Shown piece after piece: positions 19,609 to 29,432 of a stretch of DNA of 42,421 nucleotides. This stretch comes from Halodesulfurarchaeum sp. (GTDB lineage Archaea; Halobacteriota; Halobacteria; Halobacteriales; Halobacteriaceae). The stretch is from NCBI GenBank assembly GCA_042216905.1, contig JBDGTL010000026.1, positions 45,315-87,735 of the forward strand. Reading direction: 5' to 3'. The notes beneath the pieces were generated by a model. It saw only the letters and a list, made by a program, of their open reading frames with translations, had not been told where the DNA came from and ran no database searches. Numbering within the stretch: position 1 is the first letter of the stretch; each line of letters opens with the position of its first letter. Both the position numbers and the translations under genes were made by a program.

Positions 19609-20949
19609 ATGCCACGTCGAATCCTCATCATGGGGGCTGCAGGTCGGGACTTTCACGATTTCAACACGATTTTCCGGGACGACGAGACCGTCGAGGTCGT
19701 CGGCTTCACGCAGACCCACGCACAGAACATGGGCGAACTCGACGACCTGCCCGAACGGCGGTACCCACCGTCGCTCGCGGGCGAGAACTACCCGGATGGG
19801 ATTCCGATCGTTCCGGAATCCGACCTCGAAGACCGCATCGAGGAGCACGACGTCGACAATGTGGTCTTCTCGTACTCGGACGTCTCACACGAGACTGTGA
19901 TGCACCAGGCGTCCCGGGCCCTCGCAGCGGGGGCCGGTTTCAGGATCGTTGGATCCGAGATGATGCTCGAGTCCTCGCTCCCGGTCGTCGCCGTGGACGC
20001 AGTGAGAACGGGCTGTGGGAAATCCCAGGCCTCCCGGAAACTCACAGAACTCCTCCACGAACGCGGCACGTCCGTCGCGGTGGTTCGGGAACCGATGCCG
20101 TACGGGGACCTCGAACGCCAACGCGTCCAGCGGTTCGAGACGACGGCGGACCTCGAGTCCCAGCACGTCACCATCGAGGAACGAGAGGAGTACGAGCATC
20201 ACCTGGAACGGGGACACGTGGTCTTCGCCGGCGTCGACTACGAAGCAGTCCTCGCCGAAGCGGAGAAAGCCGCCGACGTGATACTCTGGGACGGGGGGAA
20301 CAACGAACTGCCGTTTTTCGAACCGGACCTCCACGTCGTCCTGGCCGACCCGCACCGACCGGGACACGAGATTCGATACCATCCGGGCGAGACGAACCTC
20401 CGTCTCGCCGATGCCGTGCTCATCAACAAGGAGAATACGGCAGACCCAGATGCTATCCGTCAAGTAACGAACACAGTCGAGTCGGTCAATCCCGATGCAT
20501 CGATCATTCACGCCGATTCGGTCGTTTCTGTCGAGGACCCCTCGGCAGTCGAGGGAAAACGAGTGCTCGCCGTCGAAGACGGTCCGACGCTGACACACGG
20601 TGGCGCCGACGAGGGTGCTGCGGCGATCGCAGCCAGGCAGTTCGGGGCCGACGAACTGGTCGATCCCCGGCCATCCGCGGTTGGATCGGTAACGAGGATC
20701 TTCGAGGAGTACCCCCACCTCGGTAACGTACTCCCGGCGATGGGTTACTCGGAGCAGCAGATTGCGGATCTGGAACGGTCGATCGAGGAAACCGACTGTG
20801 ACGTCGTCCTGGCGGGAACCCCGATCGATCTCGGACAAGTGATAGACGTGGACGTTCCCATCGTCAGGGTCCATTACGAAATCCAGGAACGGGGTGAACC
20901 GACGCTCGACAGCATCCTCGATCAGTATTCCGACGTCCTGGGCCTCTGA
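19609..20949 (+). CDS. arcE: Arginine synthetase ArcE-like P-loop protein (family often annotated GTPase or cyclic 2,3-DPG synthase)
   Basis: MGAAGRDFHDFN, YSDVSH, AVRTGCGKSQ, PMPYGDL, IEEREEYE, WDGGNN, YHPGETN, VEDGPTLTHGG, LPAMGY; adjacent OTC and carbamate kinase. Confidence 0.78.
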   Translation: MPRRILIMGAAGRDFHDFNTIFRDDETVEVVGFTQTHAQNMGELDDLPERRYPPSLAGENYPDGIPIVPESDLEDRIEEHDVDNVVFSYSDVSHETVMHQASRALAAGAGFRIVGSEMMLESSLPVVAVDAVRTGCGKSQASRKLTELLHERGTSVAVVREPMPYGDLERQRVQRFETTADLESQHVTIEEREEYEHHLERGHVVFAGVDYEAVLAEAEKAADVILWDGGNNELPFFEPDLHVVLADPHRPGHEIRYHPGETNLRLADAVLINKENTADPDAIRQVTNTVESVNPDASIIHADSVVSVEDPSAVEGKRVLAVEDGPTLTHGGADEGAAAIAARQFGADELVDPRPSAVGSVTRIFEEYPHLGNVLPAMGYSEQQIADLERSIEETDCDVVLAGTPIDLGQVIDVDVPIVRVHYEIQERGEPTLDSILDQYSDVLGL

Positions 20950-21190
20950 TGCTATGATTACGTTTTCACTGGAACCAGTGTGAGAGCCAACACGTAATCG
21001 ATTCGGCCTGCAGGAATGGCTCAGTAGGCCGTCGAGGTAGTGTAGACGATATTTCAATAGTATCCCACATGGTATTGGAAATGTGATTCGGAAAACTGTC
21101 CTTGAGTGATTCGGAGAACTGTTCTGGGTCACACCGAATCGGCACAGTTCCGCCATTCGGCCACCGTCGAATGCCGCTGTCTTCCCGCTA

Positions 21191-22069
21191 TCAGGTGTCC
21201 CAGACAGTCGCGAGGATGGCCTTCTGGACGTGTTGCCTGTTCTCCGCCTGATCGTAGACGATTGACCTCGGTCCGTCGATGACGGCAGAAGCGACTTCCT
21301 CCCCGCGGTGGGCGGGCAGGCAGTGCATGAACACGGCGTCATCGGAGTGCTCCATGAGATCGGTCGTAACCTGAAAGCCCTCGAAATCCGCCGACTTCGA
21401 TTCCGCATCGCCCATGCTCACGAACACGTCCGTGTAGACCGCTTTCGCCCCCTCGACGGCTCTTTCGGGATCGTTGGTGATGGTCACGTCCGCATCCGCC
21501 ACCCGGTTTCTGATTGTCTCGTCCGGTTCGTATCCCTCTGGGGTAGCAATCCGACACGGGATGTCGAGTTTCGCACAGATCTGGATCAGGGAGTTGGCCA
21601 CGTTGTTCCCGTCCCCGACGAACGCAAGGGGGCCATCGTCGAGGCCGCGTTCCCGGAGCGTGTATATGTCCGAGAGGGCCTGGCACGGATGTAGGAGATC
21701 TGTAAGTCCATTGATAACTGGGACGTCGGCGTGGTCGGCGAGTTCGACGATCATCTCGTGATCGAAGAGTCGTGCCATAATCCCCCCCGCGTACCGGGAG
21801 AGGACCGTCGCCGTATCCTCGAGTGACTCGCCCCTGGAGAGTTGTGAGCCCTCCTCCGAGAAGTATATCGCGTGTCCGCCGAGTTCCGTCATTCCCGCCT
21901 CGAACGACACGCGAGTTCGGGTGGATGGCTTGGCGAACAACATGATCAACGTCTCGTTCGAGAGAGACGTGTTGAATTCCTCTGGGTGGGCTTTCATCCG
22001 GTCCGTCAGTTCGTACGTCGCCTCGATGTCGCTCGCTTCGAGATCGTTGATGTCGATGACGTCTTTCAT
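21191..22069 (-). CDS. arcB: Ornithine carbamoyltransferase (probably catabolic, arcB/argF)
   Basis: PSTRTRVSFE, HPCQ, GDGNNV, YTDVFVSMG, FMHCLPAHRG, QAENR; downstream of arcC. Confidence 0.93.
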   Translation of the reverse strand: MKDVIDINDLEASDIEATYELTDRMKAHPEEFNTSLSNETLIMLFAKPSTRTRVSFEAGMTELGGHAIYFSEEGSQLSRGESLEDTATVLSRYAGGIMARLFDHEMIVELADHADVPVINGLTDLLHPCQALSDIYTLRERGLDDGPLAFVGDGNNVANSLIQICAKLDIPCRIATPEGYEPDETIRNRVADADVTITNDPERAVEGAKAVYTDVFVSMGDAESKSADFEGFQVTTDLMEHSDDAVFMHCLPAHRGEEVASAVIDGPRSIVYDQAENRQHVQKAILATVWDT

Positions 22070-22159
22070 ATCTGGGTTTCCTTTCTGGTTTGTGTCCTCG
22101 GTTGCGGCGTCGTCGGAATTCCGGAACGTGCAGGAATCGAGGCTGACACCTCTTTACCT

Positions 22160-22231
22160 ATCTGGTTCATGGAATGTAGAGCCATCTGATTCCTGAAATG
22201 TAGAGCCATCTGGTTCATGGAATGTGGAGAT
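22160..22231. repeat. Tandem repeat, 3 x 24 bp (ATCTGGTTCATGGAATGTAGAGCC)
   Basis: Units at 22160, 22184, 22208 between arcC and OTC. Confidence 0.92.
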
Positions 22232-22246
22232 ACGTGCGTTTCGACC

Positions 22247-22804
22247 TCATGCCTGGTACATCTGCGTTCCGGTCTCCCCCGCAAGCGCTGCCTCGACGTT
22301 GTCGACGGTGGTAATGATGGCTCTGGTACCGTCCGATTCGACGAACTCGATCGAGGCCTCGACCTTCGGACCCATGCTTCCTTCGGCGAACTGGTCGTCC
22401 TCGAGGTACTCGCGCATCTCGTCTGTGCTAACACGACCCAGGGGTTCGGGGTCCGGCCCACCGAACCCCAGGTATGCGCATTCTACGTCGGTCAACACGA
22501 GCAGGACGTCCGCCCCGATTTCCGAGGCCAGTACCGACGAGGCGCGGTCCTTGTCGATGACGGCCTCGACTCCCCGGAGATCGCCGTTCTCGGAAACGAC
22601 CGGGATCCCACCGCCCCCGACCGTAATTACCAGGGATCCGTCCTCCAGCAGTGCTTCAATTTCTCTCGATTCGACGATTTCCGTCGGACGGGGTGACGGG
22701 ACGACCCGTCGGTACTTAGTCGTCCCGTCGGCACGCCTGACCTGTTTCGTCTGGAATGGAACGTCGCGTGCGGTACTCGGGGAATAGAACGGACCAATGG
22801 GCTT
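22247..22804 (-). pseudogene. arcC: Carbamate kinase, C-terminal fragment (N-terminal part deleted)
   Basis: KPIGPFY, RRVVPSP, GGGGIPV, GVEAVIDKD, LTDV, GSMGPKV present; no ALGGNA or HGNGPQVG; sequence upstream of KPI is unrelated. Confidence 0.9.
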
Positions 22805-22961
22805 CGCGAGATCGGCGGCGACGGGGATGTTTTTCCTCGACGGTGGGTACATCGTCGAGCGTGGCCCTCCGGTACACCTCTTCGATGATCCTACCGAGGA
22901 GCGAACCAGAGAGTTCCTCAGTCGGATCGCAGGAGACCGGCGGGAAGCACGTGACACATAG
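22797..22961 (+). pseudogene. C-terminal remnant of a polar amino-acid ABC transporter ATPase (GlnQ-like)
   Basis: Translates MGFARSAATGMFFLDGGYIVERGPPVHLFDDPTEERTREFLSRIAGDRREARDT*, the region after the H-switch (HEMGFAR); stop abuts the permease ATG. Confidence 0.85.
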
Positions 22962-23860
22962 ATGTCAACGAAACCAGCGGACTTCTCCGAACCGGGTACC
23001 ACGATTCCGCTTCGGGGTCGGTCCTCACTCCTCCTGTACGTCGTCTTCTGGGGATGGCTCCTCGCCAGGTGGATCAACGACTGGCTTCTCCCGCGAGGGG
23101 TAGGCGTAAAACCAGGGGTACCCTTCGTCGATCCGTCGGTCGTCGAGCCGATTTCCGCCAATCTCGCCTTTGCGTTGTCCCACCTGCCGCCGCTCGCCGC
23201 CGCGGCCTATCTCACCATCGTACTGACCCTGTCCAGTATCGCGTTGGGCTTCGTCATCGCAGTCCCGGTCAGCGTTGCTCGGGTCTACGGGAAATACACG
23301 GCCTGGATGTCGCTTGGATTCACCGAACTGATCCGTGGAACGCCGCTGCTCGCCCAACTCTTCGTCCTCTACTACGGATTGACACTCTCGGCCTGGATCC
23401 GGCAGTTTCCGGGTGTCGGAGAGGGGTTCGTCCCCGCACAGGCCTTCTGGGTCGCGATCATCGGATTCACCATTAACAGTGCGGCCTACCAGTCAGAGTA
23501 CATCCGCTCCGCACTCCTCTCTGTCGAGAGCGGTCAACTGACCGCGGCGAGAGCGGTCGGTCTTTCGAAACTCGAAGGTATCCGCTACGTCGTTCTCCCG
23601 CAGGCGCTCGGTACGCCATTCCGGGGTGGTCGAACGAACTCGTCTACCTCATAAAGTACTCCTCGCTGGCGTCGTTCATCACGGTCCCCGAACTCTTCCA
23701 CGTCGCCGGACGAATCGCCTCACAGAATTATCGATACACGGCGATGTTCGGCCTCGCGGGACTTATCTATCTCGCGCTGGTGATTTCGGCGTCGTCGCTC
23801 ATGGATCGGGTCGAACAGGCGGTCAGTATCCCGGGTCTCGGCGGGAAGACGGGTCGGTGA
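22962..23860 (+). pseudogene. Polar amino-acid ABC transporter permease with a 1-bp frameshift
   Basis: IRGTPLLAQLF, SAAYQSEYIRS, VVLPQAL; another frame from 23612 continues YAIPGWSNELVYLIKYSSLASFITVPELF...YLALV to TGA 23858-23860. Confidence 0.87.
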
Positions 23861-23924
23861 TCCCGGGTCAAAAGTCCTCGCCACCCATCCCACTACCTTT
23901 ACCGGGTCCACACCAAGTCTCCCC

Positions 23925-25193
23925 ATGCCTGATCACGAGGTGGTCGTCGTCGGGGGAGGACTCGCTGGGCTCGAGACCGCCCGACTCCTGGCGAGATCTG
24001 ACGTCGACGTGACCCTCTTCGAACGTGAGGAGGCCGTGGGCGGCCGGGTCCGGACGGAACAGGCTGGCGACTATCTGCTCGACCGGGGCTTCCAGGTCCT
24101 CTTCACCGCGTATCCAGAAGCCCGTCGTGCACTCGACCTGGACTCACTCGACCTCCGTCGGTTCCCACCGGGAGCAGTCATCTGCAGGGAGAACCACAGG
24201 AGCGTCTTCGCGGACCCGATCCGTGACCCACGCCGCGGGATCGAAACGATGTTGTCGAGGGACGTGACGTTCAAAGACGGCCTCCGGGTACTGTCGCTCC
24301 GCCGTGAACTGAAACACCGTGACCGGAACGAAATCTTCTCCGGCCCCGATACAAGCATCGAGGAGTACCTCGAGGACGAGGGCTTCTCCGAGCGGTTCGT
24401 CGAGAATTTCGCCCGGCCGTTCTACGGCGGGATCACGCTCGACCGTTCGCTATCTACCTCGAAACGGGTGTTCGAGTATACATTTACAATGCTACTTCAG
24501 GGGTACGCGGCGCTTCCATCTCGTGGGATGGGAGCAATATCCCGTCAACTCGCAACTGGTGCACGAAACGCCGGGGCGGCCATCGAAACGGGCGTTTCGG
24601 TCAAAGCGGTAACTGGTACCGGGCCGGTGACCGTCGAGACGACCTCGGAAAGCCACAGTGCGTCGACCGTCGTCGTCGCGACGGATCCCCCCACGAGCCG
24701 AGAATTGACGGGGATAGATTCGATTCCCCAGACAGGTCACTCCTCGGTCACACAATATCTCTCGCTTCCGTCCGACAACCCGATTGAAGACCGATCCCGT
24801 ATTCACCTCAACGCTGGAAGTCACATCCCGACCACTGTCGCGGTCCTCACGAGCGTGGCGCCTGAATACGGTCCAGAGGACCGAGTATTACTCAGTGCAA
24901 GTACGCCCGGTCCGGTGGAAATGGACGACGAGGACCTTTTCCGTGAAACGAAAGCCATACTCGGTTCATGGTATCCGGAAGCCTCGTTCGACGACGTAGA
25001 GTTGCTCCAGACGGTCCGAGTCCCGTTTGCCCAGTTCGAGCAACCGCCCGGGATACACGACAGATTACCGGACGTGACCGAGCCAGACGGGGAGGTATAC
25101 CTCGCCGGCGAGTCGACGACGGACTCCTCGATCAACGGGTCGTTACTGAGTGCACGAACTGCCGCTGACGCCGTCTTGTCCGGACGAGAATAG
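23925..25193 (+). CDS. FAD-dependent oxidoreductase (amine oxidase/phytoene desaturase-like)
   Basis: VVVVGGGLAGL, GGRVRT, DRGFQV, VYLAGE..SSINGSLLS. Confidence 0.88.
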   Translation: MPDHEVVVVGGGLAGLETARLLARSDVDVTLFEREEAVGGRVRTEQAGDYLLDRGFQVLFTAYPEARRALDLDSLDLRRFPPGAVICRENHRSVFADPIRDPRRGIETMLSRDVTFKDGLRVLSLRRELKHRDRNEIFSGPDTSIEEYLEDEGFSERFVENFARPFYGGITLDRSLSTSKRVFEYTFTMLLQGYAALPSRGMGAISRQLATGARNAGAAIETGVSVKAVTGTGPVTVETTSESHSASTVVVATDPPTSRELTGIDSIPQTGHSSVTQYLSLPSDNPIEDRSRIHLNAGSHIPTTVAVLTSVAPEYGPEDRVLLSASTPGPVEMDDEDLFRETKAILGSWYPEASFDDVELLQTVRVPFAQFEQPPGIHDRLPDVTEPDGEVYLAGESTTDSSINGSLLSARTAADAVLSGRE

Positions 25194-25219
25194 TCCTGTA
25201 AGGGGTAAAGACCACGAGA

Positions 25220-25915
25220 TTACAAAAACGCCCGAAACGACTCGAGTGGAGGAAACCGCAGCGTTTCGCCACCGGATCGAATCACCGGACGGCATGGTGC
25301 GAGGTCAGTGAGCAACGGGATCATGCTGTCGGCCGCAGATAGCCCATTGACCTGCGTTCCGACGACGAACCGGTTGAATGCCGGCAGCACGAGAACGCGG
25401 GCACCATCGTGCTGGGCCGGACAGTCGAGAAAACAGGGGTGTCGGTCGCCTTCGATCTCGATCGCCGGGTGTTCGTGCCCGACGACGTATATATCAGCTG
25501 AAACTTCGGGAATCTCGTGTCCGTGATGCACCACGGTCCCGGGGGTTGGTTCGTAAACTGTTCGTATGGTCTCCCCCAGCATGGATTCGAGCATGGTGTC
25601 GTGATTCCCCGCGAGGACGATCGCTTCGGCGTCTTCGCCCTCGATCGTCTCCCGTATCGCCTCGACGGTCCCCGAGACGCCAGGCGGTATCGATCCGAAC
25701 GAGTGAAGGACGTCTCCAGCAATGACGACGGTCTTCGGAGAGAATCGATCCAGCAATGCCGTGAGTCGATCGACGAGGTCTTCTCGTTCCCCCATCGGCA
25801 ATTCGATTTCCGAGGTCGCCACCCGTCCAACGTGAAGGTCGGCGACGACGAGCGTCTCCGTTTCTTGGAGATAGATCGCCCGGTCGGCGTATTCGAGATC
25901 GATTCCCCCGGCCAC
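25220..25915 (-). CDS. Metallophosphoesterase (calcineurin-like)
   Basis: ADLHVG, AGDVLH, GNHD, HHGH, GHEHP, LPAF. Confidence 0.9.
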   Translation of the reverse strand: MAGGIDLEYADRAIYLQETETLVVADLHVGRVATSEIELPMGEREDLVDRLTALLDRFSPKTVVIAGDVLHSFGSIPPGVSGTVEAIRETIEGEDAEAIVLAGNHDTMLESMLGETIRTVYEPTPGTVVHHGHEIPEVSADIYVVGHEHPAIEIEGDRHPCFLDCPAQHDGARVLVLPAFNRFVVGTQVNGLSAADSMIPLLTDLAPCRPVIRSGGETLRFPPLESFRAFL

Positions 25916-26049
25916 GGACGGATGTCTCCTGGCCTCGAAAAAAGCCCTGTCGATATCCGAAACGAAGCGATCGGCTTGAGGGGGTCCAAAGCGTTCCCTA
26001 GGCGGCCGAACCAGTGAGGTTTTTCATACCCGGCCGCGAGCAGGGCACT

Positions 26050-26826
26050 ATGGTCGACGTCCTCGACGACAAGCGAGTCGCGACCCGATTTCGCATTCTC
26101 GTCGAGATCGCGGACAGACAACCGGCCGTGAGTCAAGGGGAGATCGCATCGGCTGTCGGTGTCACGAGTCAGACTGTTTCGGAGTACATCGGGGAACTCG
26201 TCGAGGACGGGTACGTGAAGAAAGACGGGCGGTCCCGGTACAGGGTGACGACGGAGGGCGTCGACTGGTTGCTCCGAAACGCGACTGCCGTTCGCCGGTT
26301 CGCAGACCGGGTGACAGAAGACGTTCTCGGCGGAGTACAGGAGGACGCTGCCATCGCCACCGAGGAGATTACCGCGGGTGACACGGTCACCCTGGACATG
26401 CGCGAGGGGCTACTCCACGCCACGCCCGGATCGGAGGGGCCGGCGACAGGTATCGCCACGATGGACGCGGAGGAGGGAGCAGAAGTGGGTGTCTCGGGGT
26501 TCGAAGGTATCATCGACTTCTCCCCCGGTACCGTCGTGGTGTATCAGGTCCCACCGATCCGGTCCGGTGGAAGCCGATCGATCGATCCGGAAGCGATCGA
26601 GACTGCCTGCGACGGGGCCCAGTTGGTCGTCGCCGCCGGTGTGGAAGCCATCGTTGCACTCCGCAAAGCCGATCGGAATCCTGACGTGACGTTCGCGGCC
26701 GGACACGTGGCTGCGTCAGCGGCCAGTCGTGGCGTGGACGTGGTAATAGTTGCCACTGTCGACGAGGTCGGTCGGGTTACGGATCCGCTCCGTGAAGCGG
26801 GCACGGCGTACACAGTCGAAGAGTGA
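26050..26826 (+). CDS. MarR-like winged-helix protein with C-terminal domain (conserved archaeal regulator)
   Basis: SQGEIASAVGVTSQTVSEYIGELVEDGYV...YRVTTEG; ATG 26050. Confidence 0.82.
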   Translation: MVDVLDDKRVATRFRILVEIADRQPAVSQGEIASAVGVTSQTVSEYIGELVEDGYVKKDGRSRYRVTTEGVDWLLRNATAVRRFADRVTEDVLGGVQEDAAIATEEITAGDTVTLDMREGLLHATPGSEGPATGIATMDAEEGAEVGVSGFEGIIDFSPGTVVVYQVPPIRSGGSRSIDPEAIETACDGAQLVVAAGVEAIVALRKADRNPDVTFAAGHVAASAASRGVDVVIVATVDEVGRVTDPLREAGTAYTVEE

Positions 26827-26946
26827 GCACTGGATCGGGACATGGCGGTTTCAGTGTATCCGAGCGGTCGGTATATCAGTCTGGACTCGAATCCGTGTTC
26901 GAGACTCGAATTCGTTGTTGTATCGGCGTCCTCATGGAAGGTACGG

Positions 26947-27080
26947 AGACGAATCTCGACGGTCCGTGGACGTATCTCGAGTCCGGGACCGTATCTCGAG
27001 TCAGTGACCGTATCTCGAGTAAGGGGCCGTATCCCGATTCAGGGACCGTATCTCGAGGGAACGGGGACGTATCGAAATCC
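26947..27080. repeat. Tandem array, about 7 x 19 bp (GGACCGTATCTCGAGTCAG-like)
   Basis: CGTATCTCGA-like core at 26950, 26971, 26990, 27009, 27028, 27047, 27068. Confidence 0.88.
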
Positions 27081-27090
27081 GAAACCGGTA

Positions 27091-27846
27091 CTAGCCGATA
27101 TACCTGAGGTCCTCGTCGCTTCCCGGGCTCGGACCCTGTTCCATTTCCTGGAGGCGGCTAATGACGTCTTCCATCTCGTCCGCGCGGTCGTCGAGTGCCT
27201 CGAAAGAAACCTCGAAGTCGAGGAGTTCCTGGAGGACCTCGAGAACCGCCCGGGCGCTCTTCGGATCGACGAGGTACCCACTCGTTTCACCCATGAGACA
27301 GGCGGCGTCGATGTTTCGACGGCCGCCAAGCCCCAGAAGGAGGCCACTCGTCCCCACGATACCGCCGGCCGGTTCGGAGGAGCGAAAGTCCACCCCGGAC
27401 TCCTCGAGTTCGTCCTTCAGTGATTCCTCGTTCACCGCCCCGAGGACACCGTATTCGTCGATCAATTCGCCCGTGGGAACTCCGCCGAGGGCGTAGACCC
27501 TGGTCGCCCCGTATTCCTCGGCGACGTCGAGGAAGGCTTCCCCTACCCGGTAGTGGCCGGCGGAATCGCTGGCCTGATGATTCCCCGTCAGGATCAGCAT
27601 GTCCTGACTCTCCATCTCCACGGCGTGAATTTCGGCGTCGGCCAGTGAAGCGACGCCCTCGTCGTCCACTTCTACCTGCGGTGGGAAGTGCTCGGTGTAG
27701 ATCCTGACGACGAGCTCCCCATCGAGTTCCTCGAGGAGGTGCTCTGCGACGAGTTTGCCCACGTGGCCGACACCCGGGAGCCCCTCGACGAACACGGGGT
27801 CGTCGAGATCGACCGACGCGACTCGTTCCACCTCGATCTCGTCCAT
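27091..27846 (-). CDS. Proteasome assembly chaperone (PAC2) family protein
   Basis: EGLPGVGHVGKL, FPPQV, GGIVGTSGLLL, CLMGET.GYLVDP; synteny after nop10. Confidence 0.9.
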   Translation of the reverse strand: MDEIEVERVASVDLDDPVFVEGLPGVGHVGKLVAEHLLEELDGELVVRIYTEHFPPQVEVDDEGVASLADAEIHAVEMESQDMLILTGNHQASDSAGHYRVGEAFLDVAEEYGATRVYALGGVPTGELIDEYGVLGAVNEESLKDELEESGVDFRSSEPAGGIVGTSGLLLGLGGRRNIDAACLMGETSGYLVDPKSARAVLEVLQELLDFEVSFEALDDRADEMEDVISRLQEMEQGPSPGSDEDLRYIG

Positions 27847-27850
27847 GGTC

Positions 27851-28033
27851 CTATTCTCGGCGACGCTCCTTAAGAGCGCGTCGGTACTCGCCATACGGGT
27901 CGTCCGGGTTAAACCTCGCTGGGGCGCTGTTGACTGCGTCGGCCCCGCACTCCGGACAGGTGTCCCCGAGCGTGTAGACTGGCCGTGGGTGCTCGTCCCG
28001 CCAACTCGAGCACACTCGAATGTCCGATCGCAC
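27851..28033 (-). CDS. nop10: H/ACA RNP protein Nop10
   Basis: YTL...CPECG...PARFNPDDPYGEYRR; GTG start. Confidence 0.93.
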   Translation of the reverse strand: MRSDIRVCSSWRDEHPRPVYTLGDTCPECGADAVNSAPARFNPDDPYGEYRRALKERRRE

Positions 28034-28459
28034 GTGAAGGGATAGGTGGGGCCTGGCTGATAAAGGCTCGTTCGGTCTCCCTACGTATCCGTCAAAACAA
28101 TCACGGAAGGGCTACCGGGAGGGAACTAATCGAAATCTATCGGTTCGTCGAACCGTGACCCGCTGGTCTCAATATATCTGGAATCGGTCCACAGCCCGTA
28201 CCGTCGGGCTGGGCAATACGCGATTGAAATAATGGGTACGGCACTGGAGTTTTTGCTCCTGGGTACCCGAAACTGTCGACGGGTGAAACGAATTCGTTCG
28301 CCGTGAAACTGTCCTGCACGGTACGCGACGATCGAGTCCGTTGTATAAAGGAAATCTCCGACTCCCGCAGGCGATCCTCGGTAATCTCACTGGTACATCG
28401 GGATCTCGATTCGAGTGCCAGTCACGCCGAAAATCGACGTCAGTTACCAGGCGACCGTC

Positions 28460-29260
28460 TCACTCGGATTCCGTCTGCCGCTCCCGGTGGAACTCACCGT
28501 GTCCACCTGCGGATTCGATCGATTCGACTGCCCGTCGTGCGCCCGACTCGAGTTGGTCCTCTGCCGTCTTGTAATTCGGCGCCTGGACGCGAATCCGGTA
28601 TTCGGGCGACCCGACGTAGGTAACCTCGAGGTCGACCTCCTCTGGAACGTCACCATTTCCTTCGGCCGCGGCCAGCGCGTCCTGGATATCGTCGACACCA
28701 TCTGGATTGGGCGACTGGAGTTCGACGAATCCGGTGACGGTCACGTACGGAACAGAGACGTTCTCGCGGGCGGTTTCGACGATCGCCTCGCGGTCCTCTT
28801 CTGGAAGGTCCACGTCCTCGACGGCGGCGGTTCCGTGGATGGCCGCCTGTTCGAATCCGTCGTAGAGGCTCCCGAATTCGTCGAGAAGTTCGTTCGCGAT
28901 GGCCCGAAAGCGGTCGTTCTCGAGGTCCTCGCCGAAGGCGAGCGTGAGCCACTTATCGGCCTTCTGCTCGTTCTTCCACTCCTGGATCTTCTCGGAACGC
29001 TGGTGATCGTTGACGTCCTTGAGCGAGAGGTCGATCTGCTGGGAGGATTCGTCGACGTCGAGGACCTTCGCGACGACGGTTTGCTCCTCCTTTACGTGAT
29101 CCCGGATGTTCTTGATCCATCCCGAGGCGACCTCGCTCACGTGGACGAGTCCTCGCTTGTCCTCGTACTCTTCGAGGTCGACGAAGACGCCGAAGTCCTC
29201 GATGTCGTCGACCTTGCCGACGACCAGCTCGCCCGGTTTCGGCCACCCCTCGTACTTCAT
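28460..29260 (-). CDS. eif2a: Translation initiation factor aIF-2 alpha
   Basis: S1 domain [11 protein letters not shown]...[24 protein letters not shown]; [14 protein letters not shown]. Confidence 0.96.
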   Translation of the reverse strand: MKYEGWPKPGELVVGKVDDIEDFGVFVDLEEYEDKRGLVHVSEVASGWIKNIRDHVKEEQTVVAKVLDVDESSQQIDLSLKDVNDHQRSEKIQEWKNEQKADKWLTLAFGEDLENDRFRAIANELLDEFGSLYDGFEQAAIHGTAAVEDVDLPEEDREAIVETARENVSVPYVTVTGFVELQSPNPDGVDDIQDALAAAEGNGDVPEEVDLEVTYVGSPEYRIRVQAPNYKTAEDQLESGARRAVESIESAGGHGEFHRERQTESE

Positions 29261-29430
29261 CGTGCCTGGACGACCTCGATAATCTCGCCCTCGACGTTGG
29301 CTTTCCCGCCGGTCGGCCGGGCGAGGGTCGTACCGCAGACCGCACAGGTCACCTCGCTCGACGCCTTGCCGAACATCGTCTGCTCGTTCTCACAGTCGGG
29401 ACACTGGACCCGGAGGAAGTCGCCCGCCAT
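29257..29430 (-). CDS. rps27e: 30S ribosomal protein S27e
   Basis: [13 protein letters not shown]...CAVCG...PTGGKA. Confidence 0.96.
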   Translation of the reverse strand: MAGDFLRVQCPDCENEQTMFGKASSEVTCAVCGTTLARPTGGKANVEGEIIEVVQAR

Positions 29431-29432
29431 AC

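Noticed and set aside
19885-21408. Long antisense and alternate-frame ORFs (for example 19885-21408, 19308-20726, 11333-12439, 28415-29443, 34572-35804)
   Set aside because: Shadows of real genes caused by high-GC codon bias; no motifs and atypical composition.
22247-23161. 304-aa ORF as a full carbamate kinase
   Set aside because: The first 119 codons are antisense to ABC ATPase/permease sequence; the length match is coincidental.
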